A DNA stretch of 64,000 nucleotides from the NCBI GenBank assembly GCA_048772705.1, contig JBLWGC010000224.1, positions 1 to 64,000 on the forward strand. Reading direction: 5' to 3'. Position 1 is the stretch's first letter. Every line of letters starts with the position of its first letter. The notes under the pieces were generated by a model. The model was not told where the DNA came from and ran no database searches. It saw only the letters and a list, made by a program, of their open reading frames with translations. Source of the DNA: Leidyana gryllorum EB-2025a (taxonomy: Eukaryota; Protista; Apicomplexa). The position numbers were made by a program, and so were the translations under genes. Shown piece by piece: positions 1-12,101 of this stretch.

Positions 1-539
1 GATGCTTCGGTAGACGAGCCAGTGTACGGAGCGGTAGTGGAAGCCTCAGTAGACGCAAGAATGTGGGAAGTAGTACTCAATGCTGGCACTGTTGAGGTTG
101 CCGAGCCTTCCACCCCGCAATGGTACACAAGCCGATCCCCACAAAATTCGGGTCCCAATATGTAGCGGTTGGACTGCTTGACACACGATTGATTACAGTC
201 GCAGGTCGGTAATGAACAATCCGATGTTGTGGCGGATGTACATACTGGAGAAGTGGCACAAGAATCCAGGGTGAGTTTTTGTAGATCAGCAGCTCCTCGA
301 CAAGTACCGGAAACAGTGTCGAAATAGAACAGAGTACAATCCGAAGCTTGTTGACAAGAGTGTTGACAGTCCAAGGCGGAGGACGCTTTTCCCAACTCGA
401 GACCCAAGAACGAGTCGTCTTCAAATGCGAGAAACTTAAAACATCGCGGTCTTGGCGTCACCCCTCCTCCTTGGACTATCTCCGCTTGGACGGAGGTGAG
501 GAGAGTGATGAAGATGGAGAACTCAATATGCTTGATCAT
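1..539 (-). CDS. Secreted Cys-rich PAN/Apple-like domain protein with Ser/Thr-rich tail (runs off the left edge; absent from ORF track)
   Basis: Manual translation from ATG 539 is open to base 1. It reads MIKHIEFSIFITLLTSVQA (signal-like), then C..DCQHSCQQASDCTLFYFDTVSGTC (Apple-type CxxxC-x5-C spacing), then ILGPEFC and an S/T-rich segment. Confidence 0.65.
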   Translation of the reverse strand, partial: MIKHIEFSIFITLLTSVQAEIVQGGGVTPRPRCFKFLAFEDDSFLGLELGKASSALDCQHSCQQASDCTLFYFDTVSGTCRGAADLQKLTLDSCATSPVCTSATTSDCSLPTCDCNQSCVKQSNRYILGPEFCGDRLVYHCGVEGSATSTVPALSTTSHILASTEASTTAPYTGSSTEA

Positions 540-734
540 GTCAATCGACGAATAATAAGACAATGAGACTCTTAGGGGGGGGGTCGTCGTCTCCCATAAC
601 CCCTATGACACACACTGGTTTGATCAATGTCACCCAGATAAAAAAGATTCTCCAAGGTGCGAGAGCTCACATGACCCCAAGCTACCACCTCGTGGTGTGG
701 ATTATGTGCTACAAGCCATCCACAGAAAGACGAG

Positions 735-2519
735 TCAAAAATGACACGACTCGATTGTTGTTCGTAGGGCTCGGCTTCGCGAAAGACTCTTGAGCAGTCC
801 TCTTGAGAAGTCAGGGTCAAAATACACAGCTTGATTTTCTACTCCACCACTATTCATACCACGATTGAGCAAGAAGTATCCAGCTGAACGAAGCAAATAA
901 AAAGCGTGAGTCAATGGGGCTTACCGGCTCCCCAAGTGCTTCCCCAGGTATTGCGAGCGACCCAGAACTTATCTCCTTCCTACAGGTGATATGGTAAGAG
1001 CCGATTGGTAGCACTCACTGGGGTTTCTCCGAAGCCGACGAGCGTGACAGCATGGTTCTGCAGAAGCTTGGAAATAATGGCTGGTAGCGTGCAACTCACC
1101 GTGTAACGCCATGCTTTCAGGTCTGAAGGTGGTCTTGCCTCATCTTCCCAGCCATGTCGAATAGACCGAGCCGGAGGTGCCGTACCCAAATACACCCCTC
1201 CGACATGGTGTAACAATGTTTCGTCAGCCTACTTTTGTATCAAGCTATAATCGAAGTGGTGTCTCACATTGATAGCAGCAACTACAGGACCGTGCTCAAA
1301 GATTTCGCGCAGCATGGTGACTTCGGAAGTGCATCCATAGCATCCTCCAACATAGCCGTAATCAGATGCGTATATCCTGTCTGGTTTTGAGCACCATTCC
1401 TGACCAAGAAAGAATGGATCTTTGTTATGCAATAAAATGTCACAGCCACCTGGCCCTGTCGAATCCCTGTTCTCAGCCAAGTCTCTTAGCCTCCCTTGAG
1501 ATTGGAAGCCATAGAACTTCGCCATCCGCCCCAGAAAGTATGGGTAGCCACCTTGACAACCTTGGTTGTAGAAGGAACACAAGATCATGTCAATGGGTAT
1601 CTCCGGCGCCGCATACTCGATATTCCGTCGTTGTGCTGCGATCTCAATCCTTTTGCGAAACATGTAGGCACTCGCAATGGCGTAACAGCTTCCACACTCG
1701 CCCTGTGAGTCAACCTGTGCATCTCGGAGGGTCATCCCGGTCACATTCGTAATGGGATCTCCCCAGGAGAAGTTGGTAGGAATTGCAGGGTAGGACCCCA
1801 CGGCCGGTAGGTGATGGCCTACGAAGTAATGGTCCTCGGCATTCGTAGTTTTGTGAGCCTGAAAACAACCATGAATGGCTTTCGAGTCAAGTGTCTGAGT
1901 GAACCATCCCAACAAAGTTCGATCGGCGATGCTCAAATAGCATAGGTTGTCTTGTGTCCATCGTGATCCATTTCTGCAATCTGAAATCCGCTGATACGCA
2001 AAAAATGCTGTGAATGAGAAGGGGCCGACATTGATTTCAAAAGCTTCATCATAAATCATCGTCCAAGATCCCACTCTACGATCCCCTATCTTCACTTGTA
2101 GCTCGTTCCAGCCTTCGCGATTCCCTAGTCGGGCTGTACTCTCCGCAGTCAGGGTGAGCTCTAGTTCTTCATCGGAGTTCCGCTGTGAGGGGTGGTGGGT
2201 CACATTCTCTCGAACTGTGGAAAGTAATTTCAAGTAATCTAGCTGCGAATATACATCGGAATGGAGAAAGAAGTTGTCCTTAGGAATTCACCTTCTCTAC
2301 AACCAGATTGCCCGAGTTGGAGTTCGGGAGCGTACTGCCACATGTGGGCAACAGATTAGGTGGCCAGTTCTCGAGATCGGAGTCGAAACCCTCCTGGCTC
2401 GTGGGCACGAGTCGTAATCGCCATGTGCCCACGACGTTGTCGATCGTGACATGAATCGGCAGATCTCCTTTCGTTGTTAGCATTGCGCTGAGTATAAGCA
2501 AGACACGATAATTCATCAT
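735..2519 (-). CDS. DPAP: Cathepsin C / dipeptidyl aminopeptidase (papain C1A), multi-exon
   Basis: Signal peptide, then exclusion-domain start DLPIH..VVGTW, catalytic QGECGSCY, NQGCQGGYPY and YGYVGGCYG. Splicing (e.g. introns 1229-1267, 1058-1099) gives YT|NHAVTLVGFG, FWVARNTWGSTWG and GYFLLNRG. Stop at 735-737. Confidence 0.9.
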
Positions 2520-2552
2520 CACAAGGAGTCGCACGCGTGTGCGTCTACTATT

Positions 2553-5500
2553 TCAGCCAAGTTGCATAGACTTTAACATCTCCTCATCGAAAAACTTGGA
2601 AAGTGTGACGTCTGGCGTCAACCCTTTACGTCTCCGCATCTTCAAGAGAAATTCGCGGGCCAGATGCGGCGCCGGCGAAGGTTCCAACGGGTGCAAGACG
2701 ATAGAGGAATCCAGTGGATCGCCTGGTAACAATTGCCAACTATCGAACAGACTTAATACGAAGGCCTGGCCCGACGTGTGAGTACGAATATCTGTCTCGA
2801 AACCGAAGGAGTCTATGGCAGGGATGAATGCGTTGAGAACTTCAATGGGCGTGCCCGGAATTGCAACATTCTTGGTAAGGTGTCCTCGTCTCTTTAGCAG
2901 GACCTTACAGATCGCAGGAGCGCAATCCGCAGGGCAAGTGATCTCAGCAAGTAGCATTGGTTCCATCAAGCGGGGATTCGCCAGAAGAATCGCTGAGTAG
3001 GCTGTTCTACGTATAGTGGGTATTATCTGTCCCCCATTCCGGTCCAGGATATTCGTGCTCAAACAGGAGTCGATCAACTTGAATTTCGCACACCGTACAT
3101 TCTCTTCAACCAAAGGCCCTTCGCGGGCTGCCCATTGGAATCCATGTACGATGAAGCCTTTTGAAGCTTCCAAGTCCTTCTTGAAAGACGGTGGGGAGTC
3201 TATTGACGGATATACTTCATTCAGAAGGATATTAGTGCTCTGAAAACGCAAGGAAGAGGTGGTGCCAACGCACAGACATTCCTACCTGCTGAGCTCCGAA
3301 TGCCCAGATAGACCGGGCTTCCAATGCGTCCCAACCATGTATTTCCTTCAAACGTGAGACCAAGTCTTTTGGTTCCATGTGTGAGCCGAGGAGGCCATTT
3401 TCGATTGACGAGGCCACATCAGCACTCAATGGCTCAACAAGCATTCCAAATCGATTCTTCTTATTGGGAGTAGACCCGAAAGCTGCGGTGGCAGAGGTAT
3501 CGCGTACGGTTTCGCAGACACTAACGATGGGGTCAGAATTCTGTCCAAGAAAAGTACTGAATGCGGGCGTGACTGGCTCACTTTGATTTCCAGGTCACCA
3601 TAGAGATGGCGAAGATCATGCAAGGCACAATCAAGATACAATTCTCCAGTGCCGATAATGACATGTTCACCGCTGTCTTCCACTTTCGTCTGCAGCAGGG
3701 GATAAGATCTCTCGATACAGCGCAGACCCTGGAGAAGCTATGAAGTCAGATCAGGTTACAACCTACCTCAAGCATTTTAGGCAGTTCGGAGGGATTCAGA
3801 GGCTCACAGGCAACGCGAATGACAGGCGTCGTGGGATACCTCAAACGGTCGAAAATGGCGACGTCTTCTTCATTAGGTGCTCGAATGGATGTGATGGTAG
3901 CCGTTTTTCTCACGGACGGGTCGACGCCGCCCAATAGCACCCAACTTCCGGCAGGAGCACTTCTGACTTCAACTCTATATCGCCCCTCGAGTATCCAGAT
4001 GTGCGAAACTTCGCGTACGAGCATATCCTCATCATCGTCAGAACTGTACGACTCGCCCAACACCCGCACAAAGTCTCCTTGGCGGATCGTTCCACTCATC
4101 ACTCTTCCGAGCACATCAAATGCCGTTCCATTTGGCCGGTGATAGTTCTTTGTCGTCATTATCATCAGGTTTGCGGCAGGGTTTAGCGACTTCATCCCCA
4201 GGGCTGTGACACTATCCTGGTTTCCCCGATACAAACAGGCGACTTTCTGAGGATTACTCTCCACAGGGGAACGCACATGGCGAGATAGCATATCAACCAG
4301 AGCGGAGGCATCGCCGGAGAGGCAGCCACATACCCTCTTGAGTAAGCTTCGAGTATCCAGGAGATACTCAGAAGGGTCCAAAACAATGTTAATTTCTTTC
4401 AGTGTAGGCTCCAGTGTTGGCCGTTCTTCTCCAACAACGTGTGCCAAGATTTTATAAACAGGAGTCAAAACGAACTCCACAAAAGTGCGCTCCACACTTT
4501 CTTCATCGCCAGCTGGTTCCACTCGTGATTGCTGGAATCTACATGTGACCGAATTCCACCAAATATCGCCCCACAGGAACCTGAAACGGATATGCGACAT
4601 TTTGAGAAACAGCCACTTACTGAGCCAGTTGGTGCGCACTCGGCCCTACAGTCAATGCATCGTACTGAAACTGTCCGACATATCTCTCCGCGAATGACTC
4701 TAGCGTGAAGAATAGGTCGTACCGGCCAGCGGCAAAAGCCACATTACCCCTATCAGGGCTCAAGATGGGTACATCAGTGATTCCAATGATCTCTGCGGTA
4801 CGATTGATACAATCGTTGATCTCTTTAATCACATATCGAATCTTGTGGTATGCGTCAGCTGGGGGTAATCTTAGTTCCAGGACCAACCGATCAATGCAAT
4901 TGATGACCAGCAAAAGGTCCAGTCGCTCAGTCAAGGCTGCCTCTATGACTTTCTTCGTTCCTATCATCAAGCCTTCGAGGACATCCACGCAGATCATCGC
5001 GGCATCACAAAGTCGCATTGCTGCCACGGTCTCATCCAGAAAGTTGACATGCCCTGGTGTGTCAAAGATATTCACCAAGAAAGACTTCCCGCGACTGTCA
5101 GGCAATACGAGTGACATTGGGCAAGCTTTAATACTGATCCCTCGCTCTTGTTCATCCGCCCGACAGTCCGTGTATCGGAGAGCCCGGGTGTGAGCCTCCT
5201 CCTTCCTTGACCGCAAACTGGACCGCGCGGGGCCCGTCTGCACATTTGTGTCGATGTCTTTCTTCATTGTCTTCTGGAATGAATGTGTTTGAGTCACCAG
5301 CATATCTACCAGACAGGTTTTGCCGTGATGAAGATGTCCCACCACGCATACATGGCGAGTTAAGGCCGGTACGTCCATCATTGAACGTAGGAACTGAAAG
5401 CCAAATGACGTCTCGGGAGTTTCAGTTTCTAGCAGATCGAAAGTATTAACTTTCATGGGAGCAATCACTGGAACATCAATGGGCTGTGTGTCTTCCTCTT

Positions 5501-5747
5501 GAACAAGAACCTCGACCCCTTTGTATACCTCTTCAGCATCGGGATAGGGCTGCCTGTCCTCGAAGGGCACTTCGTGCATCATCTCGGCAGCAGCAGCGGC
5601 AATACCCACCAATTGGGATTGTTCATCCTCGTCAGGTTCCGCCATCCCATCGACCGATCCTTCAATCGAATACTCCTCATTGTCGGACTCTTCCGATTCG
5701 GCTTCCGGGCCTATGTAGTTCCCAAACTCGTCATACTTGACCTCCAT
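2553..5747 (-). CDS. EFTUD2: U5 snRNP 116 kDa GTPase (Snu114/EFTUD2), 5 exons
   Basis: [54 protein letters not shown] and [16 protein letters not shown]. The fragments join through four GT-AG introns. Confidence 0.96.
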
Positions 5748-5760
5748 GATAATTTTTTTT

Positions 5761-8576
5761 TCAAACTCGTCTGCCTGTAATCATGTTGAGAAGATTGCGA
5801 CGTTTCAGTCCCTTCAGCTCTTGGACACAGCTCCGGTTGTACACCACCGTCAACGGAGGAGCAGACTTATCAGGAGGCCATTTGCCACCTGTGTGTCTGA
5901 GCATGACGGCACCGATGGGGATGTGAGGCGGGATTAGGCATCCATCGTAAAACAAACTCACGCCCTCTGCAACATGCTGCAGTTTCAGCTCTCTTCTGAT
6001 CCATTCCAGCAGTCCCTGAACACGAAAGAAGCGGTCCAGTCGCATAAACTCATGTGGCATTGGCGGAAGGCCGTCTGCTGGAACTACTCGCACAGATATG
6101 CGTAGAGCATGGGTGGGCGGCTGTCGAATCTACGCAGATCGTAATGACCAACTTCCGGTAACCTCACCTTCTGCACGTCCATAGCTGTCTTCAATGACGA
6201 TGGAAGGTGCTGCAGGAGCTTGTTGTCGATTAAAGTCGGCATCTCTGAAGCGAACCCAGTCAGAACTCCGCTTTCGAGCTCGAGATTTATCAGCACTCCC
6301 TCAATCGCAACATCTCGACCAACTTTGTACAGTGGTGATGCTTTTGTCAATTCGTGGAACCAGGAGGCCAGTGCCATTTGCGGGAGGGAATAACTCAGAT
6401 CTGCAGGATACTGTGTGTTACCCGAATAGCACACCATGTTACCTTCGTTCTGAAGCTTGAAGATGCCACCGCTCAGAAACTCCTCTGTGATACACAACTT
6501 GACATTCTATTAGAGTGGTGCGGATGGTGTCTCAACTTGGCATACTCACGCCGCTTATTGTGTTCAGTTGCATCCAGGGATCCACTGGGACAATGTCCGC
6601 CTGATGGATGGATGGATGGAAGTGGGGCCGAGCGCAGACGAGGCTCACCGAAGTAGTCTGCTCAGACAATGAGGCTGGTGACCCCCCCCAAGTCCACTTC
6701 AGAACGTCCCGCAACTCGCTGGTCCCAGAGTAGTACTGAATACAGGCTGTACGCTGGTCCGGCAACAAGTTGGCCTTCCGCACGGCTGGTAGTGCTATAG
6801 AAAACCTCAATTAGAATCTCAACGCGGGAGCATGCTCACGCTCCACAGCACACACAGGTGAGTGTGTCACTTGCAAGTATGCCGTATAATCATCGAGTTG
6901 CCTCAACCTCCCTTTGCCCCCTAAATTCCCATATATCCGCGCAACCGGCGCCGCGAGAACTTCCGTATTCTCCTGTCGCTGCGAGAGTCAAAGTTTCAAG
7001 GATATCAAAGCGACGCACCCATGATGTCAGGAGTCCTGAATCGGTCCCCGTCCATAGGAGGCCGTCAGACACCGTCATTGCGGTCACTGCAGAGACATGA
7101 GTGGCCGCCAAGCTCGTGGATCCAACATTGTTGGCGATGTGGTGTGACATCACTAAGCCGTCACGACCCCCGGAATAACTGAGCAAATACAACTTAGGAC
7201 GGGCGGTGTAGAATTGACTTACATTGTGGCCCCGTCGACCCCTTCTTCGGCTGAGCTCAGCTCCAGAGACAGTGGTGCGTCAACATGATCTTTGAAAGTG
7301 TAAATGTCTTTGAGAGTTCGCAAATCCCACAGCTTGACAGAGTTATCCAATGACGCGCTCAGGATGGAGTTCTCATTGACGATCTTGAGACGTTTAACGG
7401 AGCCTTTGTGACCCGTTAGAGTAAGTGGTCGAAAAGGAGACACTCTCAGATCGTACAAGAATAAAGGGCCTTGGCAGCTTCCGCCAATCACCCACTTTCC
7501 GTTGGGCTCCATCTCCAGTGCCCACAGACCAGACCCGTGAGGAGTGGCGACGGTTGCAGGTGAGAATCCCGAGAACTCGCGCCCCATGGATTCCGAGTAC
7601 GCCTTGTCTCGCGGGGATTGATTCGCAGATTGGAACGACGCATGAGCATTGCTCTCGCGCACACTCTCAACGGCGGGTGACATTAAGTTGGCCAACGCAG
7701 CGACTCTGGCACGGTGGATATCCATCGAGAGCAAAGGCGACTGCGTGAGACAGTTGGGGTCGAGCACTCCGATAAGGCCATTGGCTGTTGCGTAGGCCAC
7801 TGTATCACGAGTGTGCTCAGCCATTGCCAAAGCAACGATGTAGTCTGCCTGATCTGGAGTGTAGGTCAAGTAAGGGAAGTGTACTGGCGGTTCTTCCCGC
7901 GCAGTGGAGCGTCGTAGTTGGTAGAACTCCTTGATGTCATCTAAGAGCAGGGGAGGTTTCTCGATACAGAGTCAGTCAGTCAGTCAGTCACCTACAGGAA
8001 TTGGCTGAGAAGGACAAGGTCTCTAACGAACCGAGACAATAAGTGTCGTCGACCTGACTCAGTGTGTCATCTATGATGCTCCACATGCGGAGAGTACAGT
8101 CGTGTGAAGCGGACAACAGCAGGTCATTGGCGATTTCGCTATCGCCATTTCTACCAATGAGTAAGAAGTCATTGACCCTGTTGGTTGATATCAAGATCTC
8201 TGGAGACTGCTGACACACTGAGGCCCTACCAACGTTGATGTCCATGAAGTATGTAAAGCGGCTCGCTACACTGGCCGCTGAGCCACGTGCCGGGTCTCCA
8301 CTTCCGAATCGTACCATCTGGAAACGCCAGAGATCAGGTGTACGGCCGCCAATTACCCTTGGAGCTTGAAAACAAATCCTTGCCTGTTTGGCCAACTCTC
8401 AATCTCGTTATCCCATGTGAATGGGCGTAAGCAGGTCGCACAATGTGTGCGGGCAGTGGAGTGGGCCACAGATGAGGTGGGGAGGTTGGGCATGAAGAAG
8501 AACGACAAGCAAAGTTATCAATCCCAGCATCGATGGCGTGACGTTTCAAGTGGGTTGCGGATATCGAGAAGGTCAT
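5761..8576 (-). CDS. WDR48: WD40 repeat protein WDR48/UAF1-like (deubiquitinase cofactor), multi-exon
   Basis: Motif order matches UAF1: HSHGITRL, RVNDF..LLSASHDCTLRMW, GHKGSVKRL..SASLDNSVKLWDLR, YSGGRDG, and a C-terminal ubiquitin/SUMO-like segment ending PPLTVVY. The start codon is inferred. Confidence 0.7.
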
Positions 8577-8593
8577 CACAACGTAAAAAAAGT

Positions 8594-10508
8594 CTACTTT
8601 GGCGGACCTATAATCGTCTTGATGAAGTCTTCATGAGACACCTCCTTTGCGCACATTAGGAGATAATTGTGGCCTACCACGCCCTTTCAGCTTGCATACG
8701 CCAACACAGACTTACAGTGATCCACCAAGTCTCCGAGTTGTAGCTCAGAACCCACTGCTTGAATAGCCAAGGCGGCGGGTCTGGTCACCACCGAACCACA
8801 TAACCTTCGGACCAGTGTTTGCAGGAGGGACTGTGGTTGGAAGAAATCAATCGCGTTCCCTTCAAGTTACCAACAAGCGCCTCACCGTTACTTCAAATTT
8901 GTGTGCAGCTCGCAGCAAAGCCAGTAGCTTCGAGAGAGAAGTGTCCTCCGCCATATATTTGCAACTGGAATGTTACCGATCAGCCAGAAACCCTACCTAC
9001 TCTCCGCTTACTCGTCAGTATGCATGAAAGTGACCACATTTTCCATCACCTCAGCGCAAGTATCCGTGACCTCCACGATCGTCTCACTCTTCGTAGTACC
9101 ACGAGGGATAATGGCATTGCCTTCTACATTCTCTTGTTCTATCATCAAAGCGCTTGTCTCGCCATCCACCCCACCAAACGAAGCGTAATTGAATTCACCA
9201 GACGTACTCTGTTGCTGATGCGTCGAAGTCGAGTCCCGTGTGTCGGGTGCTGCATCAGTCTTGTGGCTTATTGGCCCGAGCTGTTCTTTCCCTTCCTCTC
9301 CTAAGTGTGTCTCGAACCACTGATCGCCTCAGGCATAACAATCCGGGAGGATAAAGGGCTGACCTTTGATCGGGCCGTGAGCACGTGCCGGTTGGCCTTG
9401 ATGGATCGTCGATCGACCAGAATCGTCACGTCGTGATTCGAAGGCGAGGAGAAATATTGATGCATTTCTTCGGCCCATGATTTAGGTTGGGGTAAATGAC
9501 GTCCTGGACTTGCGGCAACTCCGACAAAAACCTCAATCTCGCACTTAATTATGAGAGCATCACCAGACATGGACAATAATCTGTTCAAAGTCTGCCCTTC
9601 CACTGTCAATGTCAATGATCCCAGATTTCTGTCGTCAACACCACATCCAATCACCTTTGATGAACTGGCTCCATCCCCATGAGCTCGACCCTTCCGCAAA
9701 CTTTTGACGGGTGAACGAACGTCCGGAATTAGCGACTGCAGATTACACGTCACCACGGCGCCTCTGATGCGACTGACAAAGAGACGCACAACAAAACAGT
9801 CGAGAACTTATTGAATCCCATCGCACCACCGCGCTATCATTAAAGAGAGCGCGCGCATCAGACGTAGAATCAATAAAACACATGTGACAGTCACGTTCGT
9901 CAATGGTGTGTGTGCATCTCTCGCTCATATTGAGCCAAGTTGTGAGCCCCCGACCCACCGGCGACGGAGATAAGCGTGTCTCAGTCCCATAGGCGTGTTG
10001 TGGGGAACAACAAATCCGCATTACATTTCGTTGAATACGTCAAGAGTCTCCCTCTGCCACTCCTCGGGAGTAAAGCAGAGAATCAACATACCTTTCGACC
10101 CAGACTCATCGATTAGGTAGCAGCCGAATATTGCATACGCTTTTGGAACTTCCAATGATTTGAGATCCAGCGACAGGAAAAGTGACACATGCCCTCGACC
10201 AGCTTGAGAGAGATCACCGTACGGGTACAGCTTTAGCTGCCAGAAGCCTCGCTCCCTGTCTCCGAAACGCTGACTCCAGATGAGGCCGCCGTTCTCATCC
10301 TCCAGAGCTGCGAACACAGTGCACGTAAGTTGTCACAGTACTAACCCTCTACGCACGCGAGAGCTCGCAACTCCCAGAAATTGTACACCTTCCACCGGTA
10401 TTCGAGGTGGCTCCATCGAGGACGAACGGACTCATTGATGCTGGGACCGGTGGTGCTGCCTGGAGCGTCAGTAGCAACAGCGGCAGCCGGTAGTCCGTGG
10501 TCAGACAT
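8594..10508 (-). CDS. MATH + BTB/POZ domain protein (SPOP-like cullin-3 adaptor), multi-exon
   Basis: MATH: YRWKVYNF, WQLKLYPYG, HVSLFL. BTB: DVTILVDRRSIKANRHVLTARS and LLRAAHKFEV. The spliced last exon ends IIGPPK* at 8594-8596. Confidence 0.82.
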
Positions 10509-10550
10509 CTTCTCAGCTCCCAGAAGCAATCTTTTTTGGTGAAAAGCCCT

Positions 10551-12089
10551 ATGTACAGCCAAAATGGATTATTCATTTCCCGCTCTGCCTTGCCACCTTG
10601 GGCTGTTCTCTTGAACCAATGTGGCCTACAAAAGCCCAAAAACGCCCCTGAGATCAAACCTCTAACTCTGGCTGAGTATGTCGAAGCGGATTTGCATATG
10701 GCACGGGAGTTTGCTAGTCAACATCGCCCCAGATCGAAACGCCGATCTCTGTTCGAACAACCCCATATACGCTACACTTTGACCATAGATGCACCCCCTG
10801 TCCCGGAGGAGGTCCCTCTCCCCAAACCGTCAGAGCCTGTGGAGAGTGCAGTACGCCCCGCCACCCCGGAAGTCACGCCAAAGCCCCCAGAACCCTCGGA
10901 TGTACGACAAAGAAGAGCCCGTCGCAAGCAGAAAGCAGGCGACAAGCGCTCCAGAGATAAGCGTGAACGGGGTACGCGGAAATCGCGCACCTCAACAACC
11001 ACTCCGACTCGGAGGGAGCACAGATCTGATCGTTCAACATCTTCTTCCTCGACGTCATCCGCAGCTCTTTCGTCAGTGTCTTCTTCGAGCACAGAGAGTG
11101 TTGAATCCGTCAAGCAAAGACCTCGGCCTCAAAGAACTCGGGAAAGATCGTCCCGAGATCGGACGCCGTCAACAACTCCGTCTCGTACTGTCCGGAGAAC
11201 ATCGGACAAGCGGGAGTCCCGCAAAACAGCCATCCAGGAAGCCCCTGAACCGGCTGATCAAACACCGCTCCGCGACGATGAGAGGGCGGTCATTGCCGCT
11301 CGTAAGGTCGTCACGCCTGTGAGATCCGCATTGATGCAACCCCTCATCCCGCCACCACCACCTCCGCCAACAGAGCCCTTGCCACCACCCATTGTCATTA
11401 AGATACCCGAGTTGGCCGATACCAGAGTGGAGTTTTCACCGAAGACTACGGAATATCCTGAGTCTCTAAAGTCTGGGGGGAAGTTGCGCCAGACCAACAC
11501 TGCCACCCTCAGACGACAGGCGAAGGCGAAAAAGGTCGGCGACAAGAAGCTCGTCAAAGACTCCGGCGGTGACAAGAAAAGTGTCAAAGACTCGAGGATT
11601 GTCAAAGAGTCTGGTGCCAAAGACTCCGGCGGTGACAAGAAGAGTGCTAAAACGGCAGCCGACGAACAGAAGAAATCTGAGAAAGCGACCTCTTCGCGGA
11701 CCCGAAAAGCGACTGTGGGAACTCGACAAGAAGTCGAGAGGTCGACAAATGAGAAGCTCCCCTCTGATAAGAAAGCAACTTCCAAACAGTCTGAGACGGG
11801 TCGGAAACAGGACACGTCAAAGACTGTTGTGACAGATAAGACTGGAACAGCTAAAGGTCGGCAACGGGTTGAGAAAGGGGCGAAGGTCGTTAAAAAGACA
11901 GCTCAGAAGACAACTGAGTCTCCCAAAATTGGAGCGTCAGACCAGATGGCACAATCCGAGCTAGACATCAAACACAAGCGAGAATTAGCCAGACTGGACA
12001 GAGCCGTCGCGGAGCAACAGCGGAAACAATTAGTGTCAAAGACAAAAGCCCCTGTGGCTCCAGCCCCTGTTGTGAAGAAGGCATCTTAA
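10551..12089 (+). CDS. Hypothetical low-complexity Lys/Arg/Ser/Pro-rich protein
   Basis: Intronless ORF of about 510 aa from ATG 10551, with an internal KDSGGDKKS duplication. No recognisable domain. Confidence 0.7.
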   Translation: MYSQNGLFISRSALPPWAVLLNQCGLQKPKNAPEIKPLTLAEYVEADLHMAREFASQHRPRSKRRSLFEQPHIRYTLTIDAPPVPEEVPLPKPSEPVESAVRPATPEVTPKPPEPSDVRQRRARRKQKAGDKRSRDKRERGTRKSRTSTTTPTRREHRSDRSTSSSSTSSAALSSVSSSSTESVESVKQRPRPQRTRERSSRDRTPSTTPSRTVRRTSDKRESRKTAIQEAPEPADQTPLRDDERAVIAARKVVTPVRSALMQPLIPPPPPPPTEPLPPPIVIKIPELADTRVEFSPKTTEYPESLKSGGKLRQTNTATLRRQAKAKKVGDKKLVKDSGGDKKSVKDSRIVKESGAKDSGGDKKSAKTAADEQKKSEKATSSRTRKATVGTRQEVERSTNEKLPSDKKATSKQSETGRKQDTSKTVVTDKTGTAKGRQRVEKGAKVVKKTAQKTTESPKIGASDQMAQSELDIKHKRELARLDRAVAEQQRKQLVSKTKAPVAPAPVVKKAS

Positions 12090-12101
12090 TCATCTTGGCA
12101 T

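Noticed and set aside
2553-5747. Apparent frameshifts or pseudogenisation in Snu114 and other fragmented genes
   Set aside because: Each break checked is explained by a short GT-AG intron that restores conserved motifs.
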